Of a DNA stretch of 64,000 bases, positions 49,871-58,855 are shown piece by piece (the first letter of the stretch is position 1; every line of letters begins with the position of its first letter). A program made the translations under genes and the position numbers. The DNA comes from a virus. The DNA lies in IMG/VR virus record IMGVR_UViG_3300045988_179014, positions 128,001 through 192,000 of that record; one strand, given 5' to 3'. The notes beneath the pieces were generated by a model that saw nothing but the letters and a program-made list of their open reading frames with translations, made no database searches and was not told the DNA's origin.

Positions 49871-50641
49871 TTAATTGCTTTTCCCGGATTGCAATAGAGC
49901 AGATAATCTTACAATGTCCAACAACGAATATGGTGAAAGTTTCCATTGTCCATCTGTATACACCATTTCAACGCTGAAAACCATACCTTTATCATAGAAA
50001 GCTCCCATAGGAACATATGCACTGCCTGCTTCACTGTCAACATAAACTCGTTTCCAGGAGTTCTCGGAAACTGGTTGAATGGATTGGCCATCTTTTGACA
50101 AATATGTAGTCAATGTAATCAAAGCCTGATAACTGTTGATTTGAAGATTTTTGTTTTCAGCGAATGTGTCAACGAATCTCATATGGTTTTTCAGTTCAGG
50201 GTTGATGACACTCTCATCACCGTTACCCAAAGCATTGACACGTTCAGTTGGTGTGGCATTGGTTGGGGACTGAGCAGCAAGATTTAATACTTCCTGTGCT
50301 GCTGCTAATGCATCTTTACGGTCTTCATCAGCTGTTTTCCCAGTAACGGAACGTTGGGTCTTTTCCACAGTGGTTGATGAAGATGGCGCTGGAGCATTTT
50401 CTTTGTGGTTATTACTTGTTTGAACAGCCAAAACAATACCAACAGTTGCGAGTATAAGAGATAAAGTGAAGAATGACATCAGTGCAAAAAGAGTCATTTT
50501 AGACTGTGTAAAACGCATTTTCGATAGTGTTATCCGTTTTGGAGTATTAGAATCTTTCATAGCGGATTTTTTATTGTTCAGTTTCGCTGTCATCATTATC
50601 TCCTGTTTTGAGGTTATCAGCTTTGTTGTTTTTTGCTGCAT
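49871..50641 (-). CDS. Bitopic membrane protein with extracellular domain
   Basis: TM (LFALMSFFTLSLILATVGIVLAV) followed by an about 190-aa ectodomain. Confidence 0.5.
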   Translation of the reverse strand: MQQKTTKLITSKQEIMMTAKLNNKKSAMKDSNTPKRITLSKMRFTQSKMTLFALMSFFTLSLILATVGIVLAVQTSNNHKENAPAPSSSTTVEKTQRSVTGKTADEDRKDALAAAQEVLNLAAQSPTNATPTERVNALGNGDESVINPELKNHMRFVDTFAENKNLQINSYQALITLTTYLSKDGQSIQPVSENSWKRVYVDSEAGSAYVPMGAFYDKGMVFSVEMVYTDGQWKLSPYSLLDIVRLSALLQSGKSN

Positions 50642-51083
50642 CTCGTACCATCAGGATACCAACGAAAGCAAAACAGACCGCGAAACAACCAATAATGATG
50701 GGCCAACGATATGCATAAATCTCCAAAAAGGTTGGAAGCCATGTAAACCCTGACTTTGCGGCTGTGTCAGCGATTTCATTACCATAGTGACTATTTGCCA
50801 ACCAATCCAGTGTTCCTTTACCGCCTAAGAAACTTTGCGCATTCAAGAGGAACAAATAAAATACCCCAACCAATAGGAATGGCAGAATGAACAATGCCGC
50901 AATCCAATGGCTGGTTTTCTTGTATCCAGGTGTTGATGATTGTACAGTTTTACGAATCACTGGTTTAACATGAGATTCACCTTTATTGTCATCTACCCGT
51001 TCTTCACTCAATTCCAAATCTTGACGAGTGCTCAAAGCATTTTCGATGAAATCTAATTCTTGTTCACTGAAATTGGTACTCAT
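50571..51083 (-). CDS. Membrane protein (170 aa)
   Basis: Two or three TM helices after an acidic N-terminus. Confidence 0.5.
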   Translation of the reverse strand: MSTNFSEQELDFIENALSTRQDLELSEERVDDNKGESHVKPVIRKTVQSSTPGYKKTSHWIAALFILPFLLVGVFYLFLLNAQSFLGGKGTLDWLANSHYGNEIADTAAKSGFTWLPTFLEIYAYRWPIIIGCFAVCFAFVGILMVRDAAKNNKADNLKTGDNDDSETEQ

Positions 51084-52357
51084 TACTTTTCTCCTTCAAC
51101 ACCAAGCACGATTCCCAATTCTTGAATAAAGTGTTCTGAAACTGTTTGGATTCGTCCCATGTTGATTTCTGAAGCATCGATTTGTGAAATAATTGTCATT
51201 GCATCGTCATAACAACCAGTATTAAGAGCTGATTGAATAACTGCCAATGACATTTTGTGTGCAAGTGCTATATCAGATTGGGACAAGTTGCTGAGATTAC
51301 CGGACAAATTGTATTCAGCGCTTTTTTCATCAGAGTTTTCATCCCATGTCAATGTGGTGGCATTACGAGAACGAGTCCAAATACGATGACGTTCTTCCAT
51401 ATCATTGAATTTCAACGTTCCCATGTTCATTTCTGCTGCCATCTCCTCGCTTGTGAAATTGCGCTCCTCGCCCCAACGTTTCTTCAACGCCTCAACAGCT
51501 TTTGAACGTTGACGCTGGAAAGTACTCAGCTCTTTCCCTAAATGGATAGTGGGCAAATCATATGGACGATGATTCAATACAGAGTTCAAATAGCCGCTGA
51601 ACGGAACTGATGCAGATTCATCAAATTTTTCAATTGCTGTCATAACCCAAATCGTTATTTGAGATTCTTGGTCTTCAGGGTCAGGAATGAAAATCTGAAT
51701 GGTCTCCATGTCTTTTTTCACAAGAGACCTCCCAAAACGTTTGTAAAACATAACCAAACCTCTAGCAAATTCAGGAGTGAAGTCCACAATCTCTCGACGT
51801 TTGGATTCGTTGCGTGAATAAATATTTCTTGTGGCCCCAGGTTCCAAACGTTTCAACTCATCATCCACTATGGTTTTGACATATGTAGCATTGAGGCAAT
51901 ACGCCTTGTATCGTCCTGGCTCATATTCACGCACCTTTGCTATTCCACGAAGCTTCTGGGTTATTTCTCTCGCAGTTGAATTTTGGCAATTGAAAGAAAC
52001 AATCCCTATTTTTCGTAAAGGAGCGTTTAGGAATCCTTCTGTTTCCGTCATTCCATCCCATATTCTCGGGGGGAAAATGGAATCCACCAACTGAACACCC
52101 AACTTGATACGGTTTTCCTCATACCATTCTACAATTGATTCATGTGGAAACCGAAATGATTTGGCACCGGTAGGAGACTGCACCAATCTCCCTGTAGCCA
52201 AATTCGACTCAATCCATGATTCAATTTCTTCCTCAGTGACTTTTGCCATTTTACGCCATTTGGGTTGGGAATACCACATACCATCAGAAATGATTGCCCC
52301 AATACGAAAATCTACAGGTTCTCGTTTCAGGGTTTCTTTTGTGAACATAGCATTCAT
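51083..52357 (-). CDS. Hypothetical protein with possible sigma-70 region-2-like segment
   Basis: ITIWVMTAIEKFDESASVPFSGYLNSVLNHRPYD loosely resembles sigma region 2.1-2.3. Otherwise no match. Confidence 0.3.
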   Translation of the reverse strand: MNAMFTKETLKREPVDFRIGAIISDGMWYSQPKWRKMAKVTEEEIESWIESNLATGRLVQSPTGAKSFRFPHESIVEWYEENRIKLGVQLVDSIFPPRIWDGMTETEGFLNAPLRKIGIVSFNCQNSTAREITQKLRGIAKVREYEPGRYKAYCLNATYVKTIVDDELKRLEPGATRNIYSRNESKRREIVDFTPEFARGLVMFYKRFGRSLVKKDMETIQIFIPDPEDQESQITIWVMTAIEKFDESASVPFSGYLNSVLNHRPYDLPTIHLGKELSTFQRQRSKAVEALKKRWGEERNFTSEEMAAEMNMGTLKFNDMEERHRIWTRSRNATTLTWDENSDEKSAEYNLSGNLSNLSQSDIALAHKMSLAVIQSALNTGCYDDAMTIISQIDASEINMGRIQTVSEHFIQELGIVLGVEGEK

Positions 52358-52764
52358 ATGTTTGAGGCTCCTTTGTGGTCACCAACGAATTGTGTAAAAT
52401 GTGGAGTCAAATAAGATGTAGTTGAGAACAATGACACCAAAGATTCAAAAAATGTTCGTTGCACTTCCTCATGAGTGAACAATGGTTTCTCAATACTGTA
52501 AACCAATTCTTGCCCATGGTCTTTTTCGCTGTTTATCAACCTAAAAGTTGTAGCTGAAAAAAGATGTTGTAAAGTCCGTTCCAATTGAATTCTTACTGTA
52601 CCCTTGGATTCTTCAGGTGGAACATGAAATGCAACATACAAGTTGGCATTGTTGGAAACATGTGGTAATGTGCTCATGTTTTCTATTCTACCGAAGGACA
52701 TAAAGATTCTGGGTATATGGAAAATATGCAAAACGGGGACTACAACGCAATGTGCAATCCCCAT
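52354..52764 (-). CDS. Hypothetical protein (136 aa)
   Basis: ORF with a 4-nt overlap to the downstream gene. Confidence 0.45.
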   Translation of the reverse strand: MGIAHCVVVPVLHIFHIPRIFMSFGRIENMSTLPHVSNNANLYVAFHVPPEESKGTVRIQLERTLQHLFSATTFRLINSEKDHGQELVYSIEKPLFTHEEVQRTFFESLVSLFSTTSYLTPHFTQFVGDHKGASNI

Positions 52765-52791
52765 TTTGGTATTGAGTTCTAGTCAGTTAGT

Positions 52792-53697
52792 TCAATCCAC
52801 AAAGTCTGCGTAACCTATGCCCATATCAGCCAACTCTGTTTGAATACGCTCCAAGGCACTGTTCAAAATCTTTTTGAATTTGACAGGAGTAAGTGCGTGC
52901 TTGGCTCGTACTTCTTTAAGCGTGAGAGGCCTAGTCCCTGAATTTGAATCCAACATGAACGCGGCAGTCACAACATCTTTTTCAACAGCGTCCAGCTTCT
53001 CCAAATGTGCATGAAGAGCTGTATACATGCTATTCTGCATTACTTCATCTTCTGAAGATGCCGTCGTATGGTCTCGTGCAACCAAATCCATCAATTCATA
53101 ACTATTGGACCCATCAGAACTTACCACCTTGTTGAGACTGGCAGGAGTTGCGGCAGCATTGGTGATGTAATACATGTCTGCTTGGCTGAGACCCAAGTTG
53201 TTCATAATTATGGTATCTGCTTCTTTTCCAGTGATACCATCCAACTCCAACAATGCACGTTGTTTTGAAATCTTACTAAAATCGCTTACACGATTTTCAG
53301 GTAATTTAACCAAACGTCCTGTTTTATTGCTCCATCGTGTCATGGATTGAAAAATCCAATAGGAAGCTACTGTGGATACTTTATTATTTCGTGCAGGGTC
53401 ATAGTGATAGATAGCAGTTAGCAACCCAGCCATGCCATCTTGAATCAGGTCATCCAGTTCAGGAGCACCAGGGTATTTTGCTTTAAACGCGCGTGCCTTA
53501 CTGTGTACAAGACCAATATACGCCACCACTAAACGGTCAACTGCTTGTTTCCCCACTGTAATTACATCAGTTAAATGTTCTTTTTCTTCATTGGTAATAT
53601 TATTAGACTTCAGGCGTTCTTGTGCTTGTAGCATGTTCTGCACTAGTCTTCCTAAGCGCAGCTCTTCATCTTTCTCCAAGTGCTTATCTCTTGCCAT
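52792..53697 (-). CDS. Sigma-70-family RNA polymerase sigma factor
   Basis: LIQDGMAGLLTAIYHYDPARNNKVSTVASYWIFQSMTRW (regions 2.1-2.4). C-terminal HTH region LTLKEVRAKHALTPVKFKKILNSALERI. Confidence 0.8.
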   Translation of the reverse strand: MARDKHLEKDEELRLGRLVQNMLQAQERLKSNNITNEEKEHLTDVITVGKQAVDRLVVAYIGLVHSKARAFKAKYPGAPELDDLIQDGMAGLLTAIYHYDPARNNKVSTVASYWIFQSMTRWSNKTGRLVKLPENRVSDFSKISKQRALLELDGITGKEADTIIMNNLGLSQADMYYITNAAATPASLNKVVSSDGSNSYELMDLVARDHTTASSEDEVMQNSMYTALHAHLEKLDAVEKDVVTAAFMLDSNSGTRPLTLKEVRAKHALTPVKFKKILNSALERIQTELADMGIGYADFVD

Positions 53698-53798
53698 ATA
53701 TACTATTCCTTTTTCCTACTTACTTGCACTTTGATGACAACCTGTGTTATGCTAAAATATAGTACACAGGATGAACTAAAATTATAATGGTGTGGTTA

Positions 53799-54311
53799 TT
53801 AAAGCAGATGGCCTGTCACAATAGTGCCATCCGGAAATCGAACCGTAACTAGATGATTTTCCCTCCTTGAATACATGGTAGAAGCATTGGTCCCCTCATT
53901 ACCAGAGCAAACCAATGTAGAACTAGCATACTGATTCGGTTCAGTTTCGTCAAGTTCATCAACCAGTGGGGTTTCGAAATCATGTCCTTGTATGTGTTCA
54001 ACGTGTTCAAGTTCACGGTTAGTGGGTTCATGAACATATTGTGGATGAAAATCCTGCTCGTTTTGGGCGACGGCATTGGCTTTCTCCAACATGTCCTGAA
54101 AACCAACCACATCATCACTATCGAATCCTGATGTGTCATTCACCAATACCCCGTTTTCAGTTAACTCATTGCGAAGTTCGGCTACCATTTGTTGGTCCCA
54201 TGGTGATAATGTCGGCAAAGGAGAACGTAAAGAGGCATCAAAATCATCTGCTATTGATGCCACAGGAATTGTACGAGAATTCTCATCAACTGTAGAAGAA
54301 TCTTGACTCAT
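53799..54311 (-). CDS. Acidic hypothetical protein (170 aa)
   Basis: ORF. Acidic composition. Confidence 0.45.
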   Translation of the reverse strand: MSQDSSTVDENSRTIPVASIADDFDASLRSPLPTLSPWDQQMVAELRNELTENGVLVNDTSGFDSDDVVGFQDMLEKANAVAQNEQDFHPQYVHEPTNRELEHVEHIQGHDFETPLVDELDETEPNQYASSTLVCSGNEGTNASTMYSRRENHLVTVRFPDGTIVTGHLL

Positions 54312-54331
54312 TACCTGCCTCCCTACTGACC

Positions 54332-54754
54332 CTAAGTAATTAGATACCCATTACGACATTGCAGCATGTTCACCGTAATATCATTGACCAACAACTCCAA
54401 GTTCTGATTCTCCACAATTGTTGACAACTCTTTCAACACTTTATGGTCTAAATCAAGTACTACATTTTTGTGGTCTTGTAAATATGCAATGCCTAAGGCA
54501 ATTTTGGTCTTACCATCATCATTGTCCGTATAAGCTCTTACAAATGATTGATAGAATTCTCCGTCCATAATAGCAGGGAAGATAGGGTCAATGGTAATAG
54601 GATTGATGTAATTGAACACAGAATACATAAAACGTGCGGATTGCCCGTTTTCATCAGCTAACATATTGCTCATTTGAGATGAAATGTTAATCTTGTTGAT
54701 AGAATCGGTTGTATTTCGTAGCTGCTCCAGTAGTTCCAGAAAGGAGTTAGCCAT
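54332..54754 (-). CDS. Hypothetical protein (140 aa)
   Basis: ORF in the tiling. Confidence 0.45.
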   Translation of the reverse strand: MANSFLELLEQLRNTTDSINKINISSQMSNMLADENGQSARFMYSVFNYINPITIDPIFPAIMDGEFYQSFVRAYTDNDDGKTKIALGIAYLQDHKNVVLDLDHKVLKELSTIVENQNLELLVNDITVNMLQCRNGYLIT

Positions 54755-54780
54755 TGTATTCCTCTTTTCGAGATTAACGA

Positions 54781-55035
54781 TTAACCATTCATGTAATACT
54801 GGAAACCAAAATAAATAAGCGCCATCACTATTACTGCAACTACGAGAATTCCCAATACTCTCATAACCGTAAAAGTAACACGAACCTTCTTCTCACTCAC
54901 AGAACTGTTTTTGTATTTTTTGGTAGTTGTTTTGGATTGAGTGTTGGAGGCACGTTTTAGGTCTTCTACTTGACGTACTTCTGGGTCCTTCAGTCGCCCA
55001 GTTTTTCCCGCTTGTAACTCTTCAAATAGCATCAT
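54781..55035 (-). CDS. Small C-terminally anchored membrane protein (84 aa)
   Basis: C-terminal TM VLGILVVAVIVMALIYFGF. Confidence 0.4.
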   Translation of the reverse strand: MMLFEELQAGKTGRLKDPEVRQVEDLKRASNTQSKTTTKKYKNSSVSEKKVRVTFTVMRVLGILVVAVIVMALIYFGFQYYMNG

Positions 55036-55658
55036 TCACCTTCTTCAACAGCAGGAACCTCATATCTGGACAAAGTAGAACCCAGAACATGGTCTTTGTG
55101 AACAATAAAAGCCTTTCCAGGAACACAAGCCCCAGAAATGCAAGTTACCAAATACTCGTCATTAAGATATGAAGCACGTTTCAGCAATGGAGATTCTATG
55201 CCTTCATTTGGCGGAAAATTTGCATCAACCAATTCTCCATCCACAGTTAAAATACCAGGTGGAGCCCATGTGAGTTTTCCATAAGGACCAGCTACCACAC
55301 TTACAACAGCATAATCCCCACCTGGCACAAAAGCTTGCCTCAAATGGTCCAGAAACCCTTTTTCTTCAGGATTTTTCACATTGACCAGAATTTGGGCTTG
55401 AGCTGGAATCATGCCTCCACTGTAGGTAATGTTTTTGACAGGCACCAAACCCGCTCCTGAGGTGGTGGGGACAACACGAAGCAATGTAGCGGCAAAAACT
55501 GTGTACAACAAAACAACAGCACAAAAAGCGATGAACAGACCTCGCCCTATTTTTTTGAATAGCAAGGAATTATATGCTGACCGAGCCAAACGAACTTGAG
55601 GTTGATGTTTAGGTGTTGAATCTGGTGTTGTTGAAGTACGCCGAAAAACTTCTGCCAT
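55032..55658 (-). CDS. Bitopic membrane protein (208 aa)
   Basis: TM GLFIAFCAVVLLYTVFAATLL. Confidence 0.5.
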   Translation of the reverse strand: MAEVFRRTSTTPDSTPKHQPQVRLARSAYNSLLFKKIGRGLFIAFCAVVLLYTVFAATLLRVVPTTSGAGLVPVKNITYSGGMIPAQAQILVNVKNPEEKGFLDHLRQAFVPGGDYAVVSVVAGPYGKLTWAPPGILTVDGELVDANFPPNEGIESPLLKRASYLNDEYLVTCISGACVPGKAFIVHKDHVLGSTLSRYEVPAVEEGE

Positions 55659-55694
55659 GGAAAACCTTCCCGCTGAAAACGAATACTGGCAATA

Positions 55695-56267
55695 TCAGAT
55701 GAAAAACAATCCAGAAATAATCATCACAACCGCAAGGACACCCACGATAGTCTTGATTTTATGCGCTTTCATCCAAGTCACAAAATCATTTATCTTGTCT
55801 TTGATGGATTCTTGTGTGAGTGTTGTTTTGTTTTTAGGTGCAATACCGAAATAAGCACGTCGAACATCTTCCAGTTGTTTTGCTAAATGCTGTGACAGTT
55901 CTTTTGTAAGAATTAATTCAACTTTGTCGCCTTGGCTTGATGTGACTTCCAGAATTGGGGGGTCATTCTTCATGAAAATTGGTTTTCTTACATCTCCATT
56001 AGGAGTCCGAAAATTCAGCACTTGCACCATCACAGCACGGTCAGTTTGCTTGAATAATGCCATTACGTCATCTTCATGAACAACTTTGTCGTCCCCGGCA
56101 AGAAACAATTCATCATCATCAAAATAAGAATCTGTTTCAGAGTCTTCATCAATCAAATCATCATCATCCACTTCTTCGATGAAATCTTCTGCATCCCACT
56201 TGGATTGATTCTCAAGGTTGTTAGCAATTACAGAATCGGATTCTTTTATGGTATTTTTATCATTCAT
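55695..56267 (-). CDS. Acidic tail-anchored membrane protein (190 aa)
   Basis: Extremely acidic N-half and a C-terminal TM. Confidence 0.5.
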   Translation of the reverse strand: MNDKNTIKESDSVIANNLENQSKWDAEDFIEEVDDDDLIDEDSETDSYFDDDELFLAGDDKVVHEDDVMALFKQTDRAVMVQVLNFRTPNGDVRKPIFMKNDPPILEVTSSQGDKVELILTKELSQHLAKQLEDVRRAYFGIAPKNKTTLTQESIKDKINDFVTWMKAHKIKTIVGVLAVVMIISGLFFI

Positions 56268-56327
56268 CTGCTAATTCTTTCTCCCGATTTCAACTGTTCC
56301 TATTGTATCGGTTATCATTCATACCTC

Positions 56328-57194
56328 TCAGCTGGGGGAACTGCTAGCACTAGGTGTGGATGTTGCAACTGGAGTATTTGAGGGTGTATCAGATGGGATT
56401 GTAGTGGCCTTAATAGTATCAATCAATTTAAAATCGAACTGAGTATTGGCATAAGCATCCGAATTAGGGGTATACCATGTTGCCAAAAGAAATTGGTTTT
56501 TCAAATCTGTTATGGAGTAAAGTTTCCACTGTCCGTTTCCATCTTTCGCAAAAGTCAAATTCGCAGTATTGTTAGCAAAAGTTTTTTCCATAACATTGAA
56601 GGTTCCATCCCAAGCTGAATCATTAATAGTTTGAATCCGTTGAGTCGCCACTGAAGTAAAATTAACCGTCACAGTAGCAGCTGTGTGTTGTTTGTCTCCA
56701 ATGTTGACATATGAACCAGTTTTTTTAGTTGTGGCAGACACAGAATCAACAGTGTATCCAGTCAAATTTTGCAATTCATTCTGATTAGTCCATTGAGATA
56801 CAGCACGGTCATCGTAAGATAGAGGGGAACCAGCAAAAACATGAGGTTTCAACGCTGCATATGCCGATTCACGTGAAACGAAAAAGTCTTTGGCTTGATT
56901 AGGGTTAGAGCCAATCAAGTATTGAGCATTCATTATGTTGTCCCCAGTTAAAGTGTTGGGACGAACCCCAAAATTTCCAGCGATGGACAATAGCTCTTTT
57001 GCACGACTGGACAACAACACTTGGTCCTGATTATCGATTTCCACCTGTGACGTAATTTCAGGAGTAGTTGGTTCCTCATTCGGGGTTGTCCACCACACAG
57101 CCAGAAGAACAGTAGCAACTGCAACACTCAATACACCCACAATCAAATAAATCAGCCGATTACGTGTGGTTTTTTCATCAGTTTTGTCAGTCAT
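56328..57194 (-). CDS. Bitopic membrane protein with extracellular domain and S/T/P-rich C-terminus (VirB8/TcpC-like topology)
   Basis: N-terminal TM LIYLIVGVLSVAVATVLLAVWW followed by an about 230-aa ectodomain. Confidence 0.5.
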   Translation of the reverse strand: MTDKTDEKTTRNRLIYLIVGVLSVAVATVLLAVWWTTPNEEPTTPEITSQVEIDNQDQVLLSSRAKELLSIAGNFGVRPNTLTGDNIMNAQYLIGSNPNQAKDFFVSRESAYAALKPHVFAGSPLSYDDRAVSQWTNQNELQNLTGYTVDSVSATTKKTGSYVNIGDKQHTAATVTVNFTSVATQRIQTINDSAWDGTFNVMEKTFANNTANLTFAKDGNGQWKLYSITDLKNQFLLATWYTPNSDAYANTQFDFKLIDTIKATTIPSDTPSNTPVATSTPSASSSPS

Positions 57195-57233
57195 GATTCT
57201 CCATTATTCCATCTTTTGTCATCATTGTTCATA

Positions 57234-58847
57234 TTAACCAATAAAATGGTAACCGTAATAAGCTCGGCCACCAGTATCCACCAAATTCTCGTTCAAGTAG
57301 TTTGCATCACCCAAAGCAGCCACACGAGTCAGATAAGAGGCATGTGCAATAGTGTCACGTCCATTTACATCACCTAAATACAATAGAATGTGACCATTGA
57401 CCCGAGTAACCCAAATGTCACCAGGTTTTGCTTCAGATTTCTTGGTGTATTGTTGCCATTTAGGGCTCTTCGCCAAATAATTTCCTTGTTCAGTCGTAGA
57501 CCCCCAAGGGATATCAGGGTCACGTGTCAAACGAATCACAGTTGCAACAAAACGGTCACATGAAGCATACAAACCGGACCAAGGGTCGGGGCTGGATTTT
57601 TCTTCTGCTTTTTTCTTGCCTTCAAGGTATTCAGGTTTTGCTTTTTGGCGACCTTCTGAATCTCCAGGCCCAACTCGTGATTCAGCTGAAGTTGGATATG
57701 ACATGCTAATAGCTAATTGCACAATGTCTGAGGTATCTAGATTACCACCGCTACTGTTTAAACAACTACCTCCAGTGTTAGCAGTGTATCCACCTCCGCC
57801 CTTGTAATTGGCCAAGAATTTTTCCGCACCAGCATAACGGTTATCCATACGTGGAATGCCAGCACGTTCAAATCGTTGTTCGAAAATCAAAACTAAATCT
57901 TTAGCAGTTTTGGAAGGGTCGTTAAAACCACCTGCAACCAGATTAGCGCCTTCCCATCCTTCCAGCTCAGTTTTGAAAAATTCAAGTTGCACATTGATGT
58001 CTGTCCAGTGCTTTCCTTGTTGTTTAGCAAAATTCGCAAAAGTGGTTCGACGTTCACCATCCCACTGAGCCAGACCAACTGCTTTACCTCCACCAGTAAC
58101 AGCAGCCAACTCCTCATTGGAGACACTAGAACTCATGAAATTGTTTTGCACCAGTTTAGGGTCGACTTGGGATTCTTGTGACCAGTTTCCAATAATACCA
58201 GCCACCTGATTAAGACTCATTGGTTGTCCCCCCAAGAAGTCGAATTTGGTGGTCATCAACCAATTGGCAATAGAGTTCGCGTTGCCAATCCAATCACCTT
58301 TATCTTCTGCTTGGACACCATTTGTACTTCCTGCAACCCCACACCCATCAGCATTTTCATTACGTCCCACAACTTGAAAAGTGGCCATAACGCCAATGAC
58401 CAATGACGCAATAACGTTAATAACCAATACCCCTACCCAAAATATGGGGTCTAAAAGTAAAGGAACCACAACAGTGACAAAAGCTTTAGCAGTGGCTACT
58501 GTTTTCTTGACAATATTTTTAACACTTCGGGTTTTCTCAACTGTTTTCTGGATTGCTTCTTTACCTTCAGGAGAAACAGTATTACCAGCCATGTCGGCAA
58601 CTTTTGTAGCGGCTGCTTGTTTCAACGCTGCTTTAGGGTTCCTGACCGTGTCTTTGACTGATGAATCCTTCAATGAACTAAAAGGTTGGGAATTGCTACG
58701 TTCAACACCAGAGGTAGATACCGCATCTGACTTTTGAGCAGAATTAGCTGCATTCGATTCCTGCATCTTGCTATTTGATGACATATTGGTGTTTTTGCCA
58801 GGAGAAATATTGTTCTCGCTTTCAGGTAATTCGTTTATTTGAGCCAT
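57234..58847 (-). CDS. Bifunctional peptidoglycan hydrolase: lysozyme-like (phage tail lysozyme type) + CHAP/NlpC-P60 cysteine peptidase
   Basis: AGIIGNWSQESQVDP...GLAQWDG (GN...ES / G.AQW lysozyme signature). C-terminal catalytic Cys ASCDRFV and His NGHILLYLGD. N-terminal TM. Confidence 0.75.
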   Translation of the reverse strand: MAQINELPESENNISPGKNTNMSSNSKMQESNAANSAQKSDAVSTSGVERSNSQPFSSLKDSSVKDTVRNPKAALKQAAATKVADMAGNTVSPEGKEAIQKTVEKTRSVKNIVKKTVATAKAFVTVVVPLLLDPIFWVGVLVINVIASLVIGVMATFQVVGRNENADGCGVAGSTNGVQAEDKGDWIGNANSIANWLMTTKFDFLGGQPMSLNQVAGIIGNWSQESQVDPKLVQNNFMSSSVSNEELAAVTGGGKAVGLAQWDGERRTTFANFAKQQGKHWTDINVQLEFFKTELEGWEGANLVAGGFNDPSKTAKDLVLIFEQRFERAGIPRMDNRYAGAEKFLANYKGGGGYTANTGGSCLNSSGGNLDTSDIVQLAISMSYPTSAESRVGPGDSEGRQKAKPEYLEGKKKAEEKSSPDPWSGLYASCDRFVATVIRLTRDPDIPWGSTTEQGNYLAKSPKWQQYTKKSEAKPGDIWVTRVNGHILLYLGDVNGRDTIAHASYLTRVAALGDANYLNENLVDTGGRAYYGYHFIG

Positions 58848-58855
58848 TATCTACC

